This document shows positions 37,809-45,489 of a DNA stretch of 45,489 nucleotides, piece after piece (the stretch's first letter is position 1; every line of letters starts with the position of its first letter). A program made the position numbers and the translations under genes. The stretch spans positions 1-45,489 of the forward strand of contig JBMCEH010000002.1 of assembly GCA_048620775.1 (NCBI GenBank). The letters run 5' to 3'. This DNA is from Candidatus Natronoplasma sp. (lineage in GTDB: Archaea > Thermoplasmatota > Thermoplasmata > Halarchaeoplasmatales > Halarchaeoplasmataceae). The notes beneath the pieces are model-generated. The model did not search any database. It was not told the origin of the DNA and saw only the letters and a list, made by a program, of their open reading frames with translations.

Positions 37809-38435
37809 ATGGCATATAAAGTGATCGTACTTATTTCAGGAGGGATCGACTCCCCGGTGGCCGCTCACCTCATGGCTGAAGCAGGTGCTGATGTGACTTT
37901 ACTTCATCTTGATAACAGGCCTTTTACCGATGAGAAAACTATCAAAACGGTGGAGGAATTGGTGGATAAATTGAAAAGTATCCATGGAGACATCCAATGT
38001 TATTTAGGGACTTTTGGTGAGATCCAAAAAAAGATCGGGAGAGAGGGTAACGAGCATTTCCGGTGCTTACTTTGTAGAAAGATGATGTACCGAGCCGGAG
38101 AAAGGTTGGCTGATGAGATGAAGGCAGAAGCTCTGGTGACGGGAGAATCATTGGGCCAGGTTGCATCACAAACTTTGAGCAACCTCTCCTCTGTTGATAG
38201 TGCGATAGATATTCCTATCCATCGACCGCTGATAGGTTTAGATAAAACAGAAGTAGTGGAGATCGCTAGAGAGATAGGCACTTATGAGATATCTATACAA
38301 CCCACGATATGCTGCATGTTGACGCCGGACGAACCGAGGGTGAGGAGTAGACCGGGAGAGATCGAAGAGGAGGAAATTAATGCAGGACTCGTCGGGATGG
38401 AAGAGGAGCTCGGTTTTGAAAAGATGACCCATTGA
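37809..38435 (+). CDS. ThiI-like PP-loop ATP pyrophosphatase domain protein lacking a THUMP domain
   Basis: VLISGGIDSPVAAHLM (SGGxDS PP-loop), CLLC and ICC cysteine motifs. At 208 aa it covers only the adenylation domain. Confidence 0.72.
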   Translation: MAYKVIVLISGGIDSPVAAHLMAEAGADVTLLHLDNRPFTDEKTIKTVEELVDKLKSIHGDIQCYLGTFGEIQKKIGREGNEHFRCLLCRKMMYRAGERLADEMKAEALVTGESLGQVASQTLSNLSSVDSAIDIPIHRPLIGLDKTEVVEIAREIGTYEISIQPTICCMLTPDEPRVRSRPGEIEEEEINAGLVGMEEELGFEKMTH

Positions 38436-38437
38436 CG

Positions 38438-39433
38438 TCAATTACCTATGTATTGGGAATAAAGGCTCTTTGCTTTTTTAGAATCCTCCGTACCTTTGAT
38501 TATAGCTCTACCGTCCTTAAACACGTTGAGTTCATAATCCCCTGCAGGTATCTTAATCATTTTATCTCCCATCCTTTTTGCACCGATGGATATTTCCTTT
38601 AGTTTCTTCAAGTCGATTTCTTCTTGACTCGCAGGTGTGATCTGTACTGAGTTCCTCCCGCACAACTCGGTGATGGTCTGTTCCTCTTTTTTCAAGAACT
38701 GGAACTCTCTTTTACCACAGGTGGTGCATCGCTCTTCTCTTCTCTCTATTTTCGTGATATCAAAATCGGAATCCCAAACGTCGAATGTGACTAGACCGTC
38801 CCTCACTGTTTTCCCCATCAAATATTTTATCGCTTCGGTAGAGGCTATGTTTCCCATTATCCTGGGAAGCGTGAATAATATCCCTGCGTTCTCACAGGTT
38901 TCCATGCTTCCAGCAGGCGGTTTCTCAGGAAAAAAACATCGTAAGCAGGCATCTTTTTCAGGTATTATGTTCTTAGTCATCCCGTAGGTTCCTAATACGG
39001 CGGTATATATCCATGGTATCCTGTGTTTGACACAAGCATCGTTCGTTAGATACCGGACTTCTAGATTATCAGTACCGTCCATCACCAGATCGACATCTTT
39101 TATCAAATCTTCGATATTATTTGGGCCTATATTGGTGACTTTCCCCTCCACCTGAACCTGAGAGTTGATATGCCGAACTCTCTCTTCCGCTACTTCTGCT
39201 TTAGGTTTTCCCAGATCTCTCTCATCGAAGAGTACCTGGTGATTCAGGTTTGATTTCTCGACAAAATCCCTGTCTATCAGTTTTAACTCTCCTACACCCG
39301 TTCTAGCCAATGCGTCGGTTATCGGAGAACCTAAAGCACCGAGACCGAATACAGCCACTTTGCCTTCTTCTATCTTTTCTTGACCTTTTTCACCGATCTC
39401 GGGCAATACGAGATGTCTCGCGTATCTTTCCAT
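38438..39433 (-). CDS. E1-like adenylyltransferase of the ThiF/MoeB/UbaA family with C-terminal extension
   Basis: RYARHLVLPEIGEKGQEKI, GLGALGS, DRDFVEKSNLNHQ, and CxxC pairs CLRC and CTTC. Start taken at MERYARH (ATG 39433) rather than the ORF-track 39502. Confidence 0.85.
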   Translation of the reverse strand: MERYARHLVLPEIGEKGQEKIEEGKVAVFGLGALGSPITDALARTGVGELKLIDRDFVEKSNLNHQVLFDERDLGKPKAEVAEERVRHINSQVQVEGKVTNIGPNNIEDLIKDVDLVMDGTDNLEVRYLTNDACVKHRIPWIYTAVLGTYGMTKNIIPEKDACLRCFFPEKPPAGSMETCENAGILFTLPRIMGNIASTEAIKYLMGKTVRDGLVTFDVWDSDFDITKIERREERCTTCGKREFQFLKKEEQTITELCGRNSVQITPASQEEIDLKKLKEISIGAKRMGDKMIKIPAGDYELNVFKDGRAIIKGTEDSKKAKSLYSQYIGN

Positions 39434-39514
39434 GATGTAATACTGATAACCGAAGATTAAAAGTTTTAGCCCTTTCGCAAAAATATTATAACGCCATCGC
39501 ATATATCACAACAG

Positions 39515-41194
39515 ATGAAAAAATCAGGATGGTTTGCGTTATTGGCTATAGTCAGCTTTTCCCTGCTGATCAGAACGATACCTATTTACGAATACACCCT
39601 ATGGGGGATGGACTGTGGTGAGTACTTTTATTATACACATCAGTGGGTTGACACCGGAGGAAGATATTTATCGATTGATGGATGGGGTAAAGCCTATCCG
39701 TTCTTTCCGGGAATGTTCATTTTGGGAGGTGGTTTTCATCTTTTGTCAGGGGTTGATTTGATGCGTTCGATGATGTTCGTTCCAGTTGTCATCTCCGCCC
39801 TTTCACCACTTTTTGTTTTTATGATAGTGCACAGAGTGATGGACGATTGGAGGCCTGCGATAGTTTCCGCTTTCTTTTTTACTTCTCTTCCTCCTATCAT
39901 ATACGGCTTATCGCAGCCTCGACCAGAAACTCTTGGGTTTTTCTTTATGCTCCTGATACTTTCTTTGAATATCACTTCTCTAGAAATGCATAAGAAGACG
40001 TCAGTATTGATGATCATCGCCTTGTTTTCGCTCGTAATCACACACCATCTTTCCGCCTATTTCTTGATACTCTTTTTTGTGGGGGGGATTACCGTTTCAA
40101 AGCTGTGGAGGAGAAAAAAATGGACGCTGGACAGTCTTAGGACTTGGTTATTGGTATTCTTTATGATCTCAACGTTTTTGTATTGGATATTCTATTCGAT
40201 CCCATTCGGGGCAAGACGTATAGAAGGCGCTCTAGGTTTTCCTTCTTATACCTTAGTTTTTGCCCCTTTCGTTTTGCTTATCTTTCTAGAGTTACTAGCT
40301 AGAATTAGGAGAAGATTTGATTTTACTATTAGTATCAATCTCCATGAACAAGATATGAAATCTTTTTTGATTTACTCCCTTCTGATATTTCTTTTGATAA
40401 TACCTGTAGTAATACAGATGACATTAGGTACTCTTCCTGTTAGAGATATTGAATTAGGTACTACTGTTCTCCTATATATTCCTATGCTGATTCTTGGACT
40501 CTTCTTCGTAGCTTCTAGAAAGATAATAAAAGCATTGAATGAAGGACCAACTTTGATAGGGTGGTTCATCTTTGTTATAATTTCGATGATCTTAGGAGTC
40601 ATATCTAAAAATAGCTCTCTCCTACCGATGAGACAGTTCCTCTTTTTGCTTCTAACTTTATCGTTACTGTTTGGTATAGGTATGTATCATTTCCATGATG
40701 TTATTTTTAACCCAAATGGGAATAAGAGAAAGACATTGGTATTGGGTGTGATGGTGATAATTTTGGTCGCTCATCTGATACCTCTCTCATATCCCTCTCA
40801 GGAGAGAGCAGGAGGATACATTGAAGGTGTCGAATCAGAAGATATGGAGGCTGCTTTTTGGATGAAACATTCTAGTACGGAAAAGATCGCCACTGATCAC
40901 CGTCTTAGTGGAGCTCTTTTTTCCGTCAGCAATCAGGAATTGACTTGGACGGACGGGGATGAGATGTATTTTTCTGAAAATTTTTCTGAAGCCCTTGATG
41001 ATTTACGGGATAACAATGTCAGTTATATAATGTGGGATGAAGAGATGAAAAAAGGAGCGGCTATAGTGCCCGGCCAGAATCCCGAGCCTTTGAATCCTAA
41101 ATTGATGCAGTGTTATCATGAAAAATTCTATCTTGTGTACAGGTCGGAGGAAGTCTTGGTATATTCTGTAAATTACGATTACGAAAGCTTTTAA
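39515..41194 (+). CDS. Large polytopic membrane protein, possible GT-C fold glycosyltransferase
   Basis: 559 aa with at least 10 hydrophobic helices. An acidic motif sits in the first loop (WGMDCGEY) and there is a ~130-aa soluble C-terminal domain. The call rests on architecture only. Confidence 0.4.
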   Translation: MKKSGWFALLAIVSFSLLIRTIPIYEYTLWGMDCGEYFYYTHQWVDTGGRYLSIDGWGKAYPFFPGMFILGGGFHLLSGVDLMRSMMFVPVVISALSPLFVFMIVHRVMDDWRPAIVSAFFFTSLPPIIYGLSQPRPETLGFFFMLLILSLNITSLEMHKKTSVLMIIALFSLVITHHLSAYFLILFFVGGITVSKLWRRKKWTLDSLRTWLLVFFMISTFLYWIFYSIPFGARRIEGALGFPSYTLVFAPFVLLIFLELLARIRRRFDFTISINLHEQDMKSFLIYSLLIFLLIIPVVIQMTLGTLPVRDIELGTTVLLYIPMLILGLFFVASRKIIKALNEGPTLIGWFIFVIISMILGVISKNSSLLPMRQFLFLLLTLSLLFGIGMYHFHDVIFNPNGNKRKTLVLGVMVIILVAHLIPLSYPSQERAGGYIEGVESEDMEAAFWMKHSSTEKIATDHRLSGALFSVSNQELTWTDGDEMYFSENFSEALDDLRDNNVSYIMWDEEMKKGAAIVPGQNPEPLNPKLMQCYHEKFYLVYRSEEVLVYSVNYDYESF

Positions 41195-41227
41195 TCAAAA
41201 AACTTCATATAGCTTAATCAAGAACAT

Positions 41228-41749
41228 ATGGCCGATAAGAAAAAATATAATTACGTATATAAATATACTTTGAATAAAATAAAGAGAGAGATCTTCAAGA
41301 GGAGAAGGTCCACCCCTTTCCTGATATCTGTCTCTTTTCTAGCTAGTTTCTTAACGGCTCGTTTGTGGGTGATCTATCTTGGAGCCAGTGGAGCAGTAAA
41401 CTCTGAAGTAAGCTACAGTGTGGGTAGAAACCTTGTGATGGGTGGATACCACATACATCACATAACATATGGAATAGTATTTCTGGCTGTATCTGCTTGG
41501 TTGGCTATAAATTATTGGAGCAAGACCATGGCCCGGATCAGCTCTATCCTGTACGGTCTAGGTCTAGGTCTGATAGTGGATGAGTTGGGTTTTATCATCG
41601 GCGGTATGAGACCATATCAAGGTGATACTGAGGTATTTTACGTCGCTATGGGTGTGATAGCTACTTTGGCGAGTATCGTTTACTTCCCGGCCTTTTACCG
41701 TGCTATCAAACGGGATATAAATAAATTCAAAAAGAAATCCAAGGGCTAA
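41228..41749 (+). CDS. Hypothetical 4-TM membrane protein
   Basis: 173 aa with Lys-rich termini. GYHIHHITYG and LIVDELG lie within helices. No family recognised. Confidence 0.45.
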   Translation: MADKKKYNYVYKYTLNKIKREIFKRRRSTPFLISVSFLASFLTARLWVIYLGASGAVNSEVSYSVGRNLVMGGYHIHHITYGIVFLAVSAWLAINYWSKTMARISSILYGLGLGLIVDELGFIIGGMRPYQGDTEVFYVAMGVIATLASIVYFPAFYRAIKRDINKFKKKSKG

Positions 41750-41823
41750 TTTTCATCTATTTTTGATAACTCGGAACTATCTAACATGATAAAAGTTATA
41801 CTTCAGCGCGTAAATGAAATGAT

Positions 41824-42942
41824 GTGATGATGAAAAAAGGCACTACGGATCTTCCTCTCCATGGGGGAAAAGCACCTCGATGGTTGTTCAAAAGGATGGT
41901 CCGTCTGAGTAGAGGGATCACCGAGCTGATAATCGAAGATTTTGGTAGGGGTGAGTTTTTGAGAAGGATAACGGATCCTCACTGGTTTCAGGCCTTTTCC
42001 TGCACGATAGGTTTTGATTGGCACTCCAGCGGAACTACCACTACGACATGTGGGGCTTTGAAGCAGGCATTAGATCCTGTTCAGCACGGTATAGCGATAG
42101 CGGGGGGAAAGGGAAAAGCAAGCAGAAAAACACCGCAAGAGATAAGGGAATTGGAAGAAGTTTTCTCCATAAAACCATCCAATATTGATGATCTAGTTCA
42201 CAACTCCAAACTCTCTGCAAAAGTGGATAATTCATGTGTGCAGGACGATTATCAACTATACCATCACTGCTTTATAATCTCCGAAGAATCAGAATGGGGG
42301 GTGATCCAACAAGGGATGAAAGCAGAAGAAGGCTATGCCCGGAGATATCAATGGCTCTCTAGAAATATAGATAAAATGATCGAAGATCCACATGAAGGTA
42401 TATCATGTGATAGGAGGGAAAAGAACGTATTGAATATGACGGACGGAAATAGCAGGGAAGCTAGAGATATAAGCTTGGACTTGGTGAACGACAATCCCGC
42501 ACATCTGAGGAAGTATCTCGATGAAAGCGGACAAACTACACTGACTGATTTTAGCTCAAAGAAATTGAAGATGCCGTCACATCACTCTGTTTTAGATATG
42601 GATATTACTAAAAGAGGTTGGAAAACACTCGAAAGAGCGTATCAGATTCAGCCCAGTAACTATGAAGAACTCATAAATTTAGAAGAAATGGGACCGAAAA
42701 AGATCAGAGCTTTAGCGCTTGTTTCTGATCTTATCTACGGGGCCGAAGTCAGCTGGCAGGATCCGGTAAAGTACAGCTTCGCTCATGGAGGTAAGGATGG
42801 GACCCCGTATCCTGTAGATAAGGAAGTCTACGATAACACCCTTCGTGCGTTGGGAGGTGATATCATAAAAGCGAAGATCCCAGATAAGGATAAAGATTAT
42901 GCCATAAAAAAACTGAATTCTTTTCTGGAAGATGAAGGATGA
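41824..42942 (+). CDS. DUF763-family protein
   Basis: The N-terminus TDLPLHGGKAPRWLFKRMVRLSRGI...DPHWFQAFSCTIGFDWHSSGTTTTTCGALK matches my memory of the DUF763 signature. Function unknown. Confidence 0.7.
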   Translation: MMMKKGTTDLPLHGGKAPRWLFKRMVRLSRGITELIIEDFGRGEFLRRITDPHWFQAFSCTIGFDWHSSGTTTTTCGALKQALDPVQHGIAIAGGKGKASRKTPQEIRELEEVFSIKPSNIDDLVHNSKLSAKVDNSCVQDDYQLYHHCFIISEESEWGVIQQGMKAEEGYARRYQWLSRNIDKMIEDPHEGISCDRREKNVLNMTDGNSREARDISLDLVNDNPAHLRKYLDESGQTTLTDFSSKKLKMPSHHSVLDMDITKRGWKTLERAYQIQPSNYEELINLEEMGPKKIRALALVSDLIYGAEVSWQDPVKYSFAHGGKDGTPYPVDKEVYDNTLRALGGDIIKAKIPDKDKDYAIKKLNSFLEDEG

Positions 42943-43013
42943 AGTCCAGTGAGATATCACCACAATCTTTATAACACAGCCCTGTCGTATTTTAATAAAT
43001 AAACGGTGGTCGT

Positions 43014-44222
43014 TTGGACGAAGAGGATTTGAGCGGAAAATCGAAGGAACTGACGCAAAGGATTGAAGAACTGCAGAAAAAACACGCGCAGAAGACTGAT
43101 GATTATACACGCTCGTCCAGAGATGATTACGTTAGAAACGAATTGGAGCGTCTTAAAAGAGAGACGAAGGAACTCAAGAAGGAAGTGGCGAGGCTCAAAA
43201 AGCCACCTCTTTTGGTCGGTCAGGTGAAGGAAATTTTACCCGAAGACAAAGCCGTTATAGAGAGTTCCACAGGTCCAGACTTCATCGTTAACGTAGCTGA
43301 TTTTTTACCAAACAATGATCTGAAGCCAGGTACTAGAGTTGCTTTGAACAAACAGACACTCTCGGTGGTGGAAATTTTACCAGCTCCAGTTGATCCAGAT
43401 ATAATGGGTGCAGAGGTTCTTACGAAACCTGAAGTGACCTACGAAGACATAGGAGGTCTAAAAGACCAGATAAGAGAAGTGAAAGAGACAGTCGAAGAAC
43501 CCCTGCTTTATCCTCAGAAGTTTGCTGATGTTGGGATAGATCCTCCAAAAGCTGTTCTCCTAGTAGGACCGCCTGGAACGGGTAAAACGATGATGGCAAA
43601 GGCGGTAGCAAATAGAACGAATGCGACCTTCATCAAACTCGTAGGTTCAGAGCTGGTCCAGAAATACATAGGAGAGGGAGCAAGGATGGTGAGAGAGCTG
43701 TTTCAGATGGCGCGGGAAAAATCGCCGTCAGTGATATTTATAGATGAACTGGACTCTGTCGCGACGAGAAGGCAGGAGCAGGCAACCTCTGGTGATAGAG
43801 AGGTTCAGAGAACGATGATGCAGCTTTTATCGGAGCTTGATGGGTTCGATCCCCTGGGAGAAGTAAAAATAATAGGAGCAACAAACAGACCGAAGTTGCT
43901 AGATAAGGCCTTGTTGAGACCGGGGCGTTTCGATAGAATAATTGAAACACCGAAACCCGATTACCAAGCGAGAAAAGACATATTTAGACTTCATATGAAG
44001 AGTATGAATATATCCGAGGAAATAGACCTCGATCTATTGGCGACTGAAGCCGAAGAAGCTAGTGGTGCTGACATAAAGGCAATCTGTACCGAAGCGGGTA
44101 TGTTCTCCATAAGAAGGGAGCGGAGCAAAGAAATAAAACAAAGAGACTTCTTAGAAGCTATCGAAAAAGTACTTTCAGATTCTACAGAAAGGAAGATAAA
44201 GAAACAAGTCATGTACGCATGA
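43014..44222 (+). CDS. pan: Proteasome-activating nucleotidase PAN (AAA+ ATPase)
   Basis: N-terminal coiled coil, OB segment, Walker A GPPGTGKTM, Walker B VIFIDELD, second region of homology, and C-terminal hydrophobic-Tyr-X (MYA). TTG start follows a GGTGG SD-like box. Confidence 0.93.
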   Translation: MDEEDLSGKSKELTQRIEELQKKHAQKTDDYTRSSRDDYVRNELERLKRETKELKKEVARLKKPPLLVGQVKEILPEDKAVIESSTGPDFIVNVADFLPNNDLKPGTRVALNKQTLSVVEILPAPVDPDIMGAEVLTKPEVTYEDIGGLKDQIREVKETVEEPLLYPQKFADVGIDPPKAVLLVGPPGTGKTMMAKAVANRTNATFIKLVGSELVQKYIGEGARMVRELFQMAREKSPSVIFIDELDSVATRRQEQATSGDREVQRTMMQLLSELDGFDPLGEVKIIGATNRPKLLDKALLRPGRFDRIIETPKPDYQARKDIFRLHMKSMNISEEIDLDLLATEAEEASGADIKAICTEAGMFSIRRERSKEIKQRDFLEAIEKVLSDSTERKIKKQVMYA

Positions 44223-44229
44223 AAAGATC

Positions 44230-44381
44230 TACTCTTTTTCGATATCTCTTTCTATAACAAACGGACCGACATAGTCACAGTTTTTACAGTGATATTTGAA
44301 GCCTGTTATGAAAGCTGCCTCAGCAAAGATCTTATGACTCCCACAGTTGGGGCACTCTAATTTTTTTGTTGTCTTTTTCAT
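44230..44381 (-). pseudogene. Mini zinc-ribbon ORF split by a 1-nt frameshift
   Basis: Frame A: ATG 44381, MKKTTKKLECPNCGVIRSLLRQLS, stop at 44307-44309. Frame B: ...SHKIFAEAAFITGFKYHCKNCDYVGPFVIERDIEKE, stop at 44230-44232. The two CxxC halves lie in different frames and join near 44340-44342. The span is 152 nt, not a multiple of 3. Confidence 0.5.
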
Positions 44382-44396
44382 AGTATCTTATTTAGA

Positions 44397-44569
44397 TGTC
44401 CCCTGGCCGTAACAGGTTGGTTCATCGTCAGGTGCGTCCATCTCCCCTCCCTGACTCTGACCAGGGGTCTGTCCAGTCCTGGGGTTGGTCCCTGATCATC
44501 TTTGAGACGTTCCGTCCACATTTCAGGGGGACCCATCAGGACCGTGTCCGGTTGAACCGGACACTTTTT
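44397..44569 (-). ncRNA. GC-rich structured element, candidate ncRNA or structured leader of unknown class (weakly H/ACA-like on the minus strand)
   Basis: About 60% GC by hand count, with AT-rich flanks. Helices: 44400-44408/44459-44467, 44427-44432/44450-44455, 44474-44481/44537-44544, 44487-44495/44523-44533, 44544-44551/44557-44564. Two mismatches are C-A on the plus strand but G-U on the minus strand. On the minus strand, ACA follows two of the closing stems (44472-44470 and 44399-44397). Confidence 0.4.
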
Positions 44570-44742
44570 ACATGATTACTAAGGTATTTCAACCCATCGG
44601 ATTTTTAAGGAGGGTAAATTTAGTGAGATTTAACGTTAAATATTTTATAATAGGTATTACTAATACTCTAAGAGATGTCCGCTACTAACACGGGATCATC
44701 AGGACAGCGAAGAAGTCTGCAATTTTGGAGGTATAACCTTCC

Positions 44743-45300
44743 ATGGTAAAAAATAATAAAAACAGTAGTGAGAATAAAGTGAATAAAAGAAAAAAACCAA
44801 AGAAAAAAGTAATGAAAAGAAAAGATGAGGAAAGGACAGAAGCCATTAAAACGCTGATGATAGCTAGTTACAGGGAAAATTACTCGAAGGAATCATTAGA
44901 TGTGATAAGACAGATAATCCAACAAGAAAAACCCGAAAAGATAATAATTTTGAAGGCTATTGAACAAAAAACTCCTCCGGAGATGGTAGATGCCAATCTA
45001 GGTGTAGAGAGCAAGAAAGACTTCCTCGAATCAGTGGAGGAAGAAAAAAAGGAGCAGGCTGATAGATATGCTGAGGATATTGTAAACTTGGTCAAAAAAT
45101 TTGATACCCCATCGGATGTGCATCTCAGGAAAGGAGAGAATGTTGCGGAGGAAATAAAAGACGAATTTGATAATTTTGATGTAGATCACATCATAATCCA
45201 CGAGCCGAAGAAAGGACCTCTTGGAAAAGTTATAGAGGGCAGCATATCGGAAACTGTTAAAAAGGGTGTTAACACTAGGAAGGTGACATTGCTAGAATGA
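44743..45300 (+). CDS. Universal-stress-protein-like (adenine nucleotide alpha-hydrolase fold) protein with Lys-rich N-terminal extension
   Basis: The C-terminal part (DHIIIHEPKKGPLGKVIEGSISETVKK) resembles the Usp G-x2-G-x9-GS region. GGAGGT lies 10 nt upstream of the ATG. Confidence 0.55.
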   Translation: MVKNNKNSSENKVNKRKKPKKKVMKRKDEERTEAIKTLMIASYRENYSKESLDVIRQIIQQEKPEKIIILKAIEQKTPPEMVDANLGVESKKDFLESVEEEKKEQADRYAEDIVNLVKKFDTPSDVHLRKGENVAEEIKDEFDNFDVDHIIIHEPKKGPLGKVIEGSISETVKKGVNTRKVTLLE

Positions 45301-45371
45301 TCAGCAGTTTGATCTAGCGTTTCTATTGGAGGTCATGAGTTTTGACTTCTAATTCGAAAGTGTGATCAGAA

Positions 45372-45489
45372 ATGAAAATAGTTACTGGTGAGCTAAGATC
45401 GAAAATAATCGAATATAAATTCAATATATTGAGGTATTTGAGAAACGATAAAGTACAGGGAGTTATAGGTCTGCTTATATTTGCTATAC
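45372..45489 (+). CDS. Possible start of an ORF running off the window (3' partial)
   Basis: ATG 45372 is followed by 39 open codons (MKIVTGELRSKIIEYKF...). There is no other support. Confidence 0.25.
   Translation, partial: MKIVTGELRSKIIEYKFNILRYLRNDKVQGVIGLLIFAI

Noticed and set aside
38000-38441. Minus-strand ORFs of 67-93 aa inside the ThiI-like gene
   Set aside because: They are antisense to a gene with a clear PP-loop motif, and their sequences are low complexity.
44397-44569. Identity of the GC-rich element as SRP RNA, RNase P RNA or 5S rRNA
   Set aside because: I could not find the SRP helix-8 GGAA/AGCA motif, the RNase P CR-I GGAAAGUCC-type block, or the 5S loop motifs. The length is also too short for archaeal SRP or RNase P RNA.
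44378-44575. Short ORFs across the GC-rich element: plus strand 44396-44575 (59 aa) and minus strand 44378-44536 (52 aa, its TGA overlapping the ATG of the zinc-ribbon ORF as ATGA)
   Set aside because: Both are Arg/Pro/Gly-rich and basic, unlike every confident protein here. GC-rich sequence stays open by chance. The helices and G-U asymmetry fit RNA better. The ATGA overlap keeps a small doubt alive.
1-45489. CRISPR arrays, mobile elements, toxin-antitoxin or other defence islands
   Set aside because: No direct-repeat/spacer periodicity was seen. There are no integrase, transposase or Cas-like ORFs. The gene content is housekeeping throughout.

Overview
This is an archaeal chromosomal segment, densely packed with mostly housekeeping genes. 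It carries an A-type ATP synthase operon (atpH-I-K-E-C-F-A-B), family-B DNA polymerase, RadB, aIF-1A, TiaS, Tsr3, Trm112, proteasome beta subunit, PAN, aCPSF1/FttA, ribosomal protein uS2 and RpoK. It also has two tRNAs (one with a canonical BHB intron), a C/D box sRNA candidate, and a cluster of ADP-forming acetyl-CoA synthetase, CoA-transferase-GNAT and DRTGG genes. The DNA is AT-rich by eye, and nearly every protein is strongly acidic with poly-Glu/Asp tails. That fits a salt-in halophile with a reduced genome; a Nanohaloarchaeota-like DPANN lineage is my guess only. I saw no CRISPR array, integrase, transposase or recognisable defence genes. The most unusual items are listed here. (1) atpK encodes a 462-aa fusion of a signal peptide, an acidic ectodomain and four c-subunit hairpins, and the first hairpin lacks the ion-binding residues. 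(2) atpC may carry an N-terminal hydrophobic helix, and atpD is absent from the operon. (3) An ACD beta (ATP-grasp) reading frame lies in frame behind a CoA-transferase-GNAT gene, separated by a single TGA, with no canonical start for 41 codons. (4) A roughly 170-nt GC-rich structured element of unknown class sits next to a frameshifted mini zinc-ribbon ORF. (5) A C/D box sRNA has an unusually long internal spacer. (6) A decayed MFS transporter pseudogene and short duplicated tRNA-Leu 5' fragments are present. All functional calls rest on motif recognition by eye; no searches were run.
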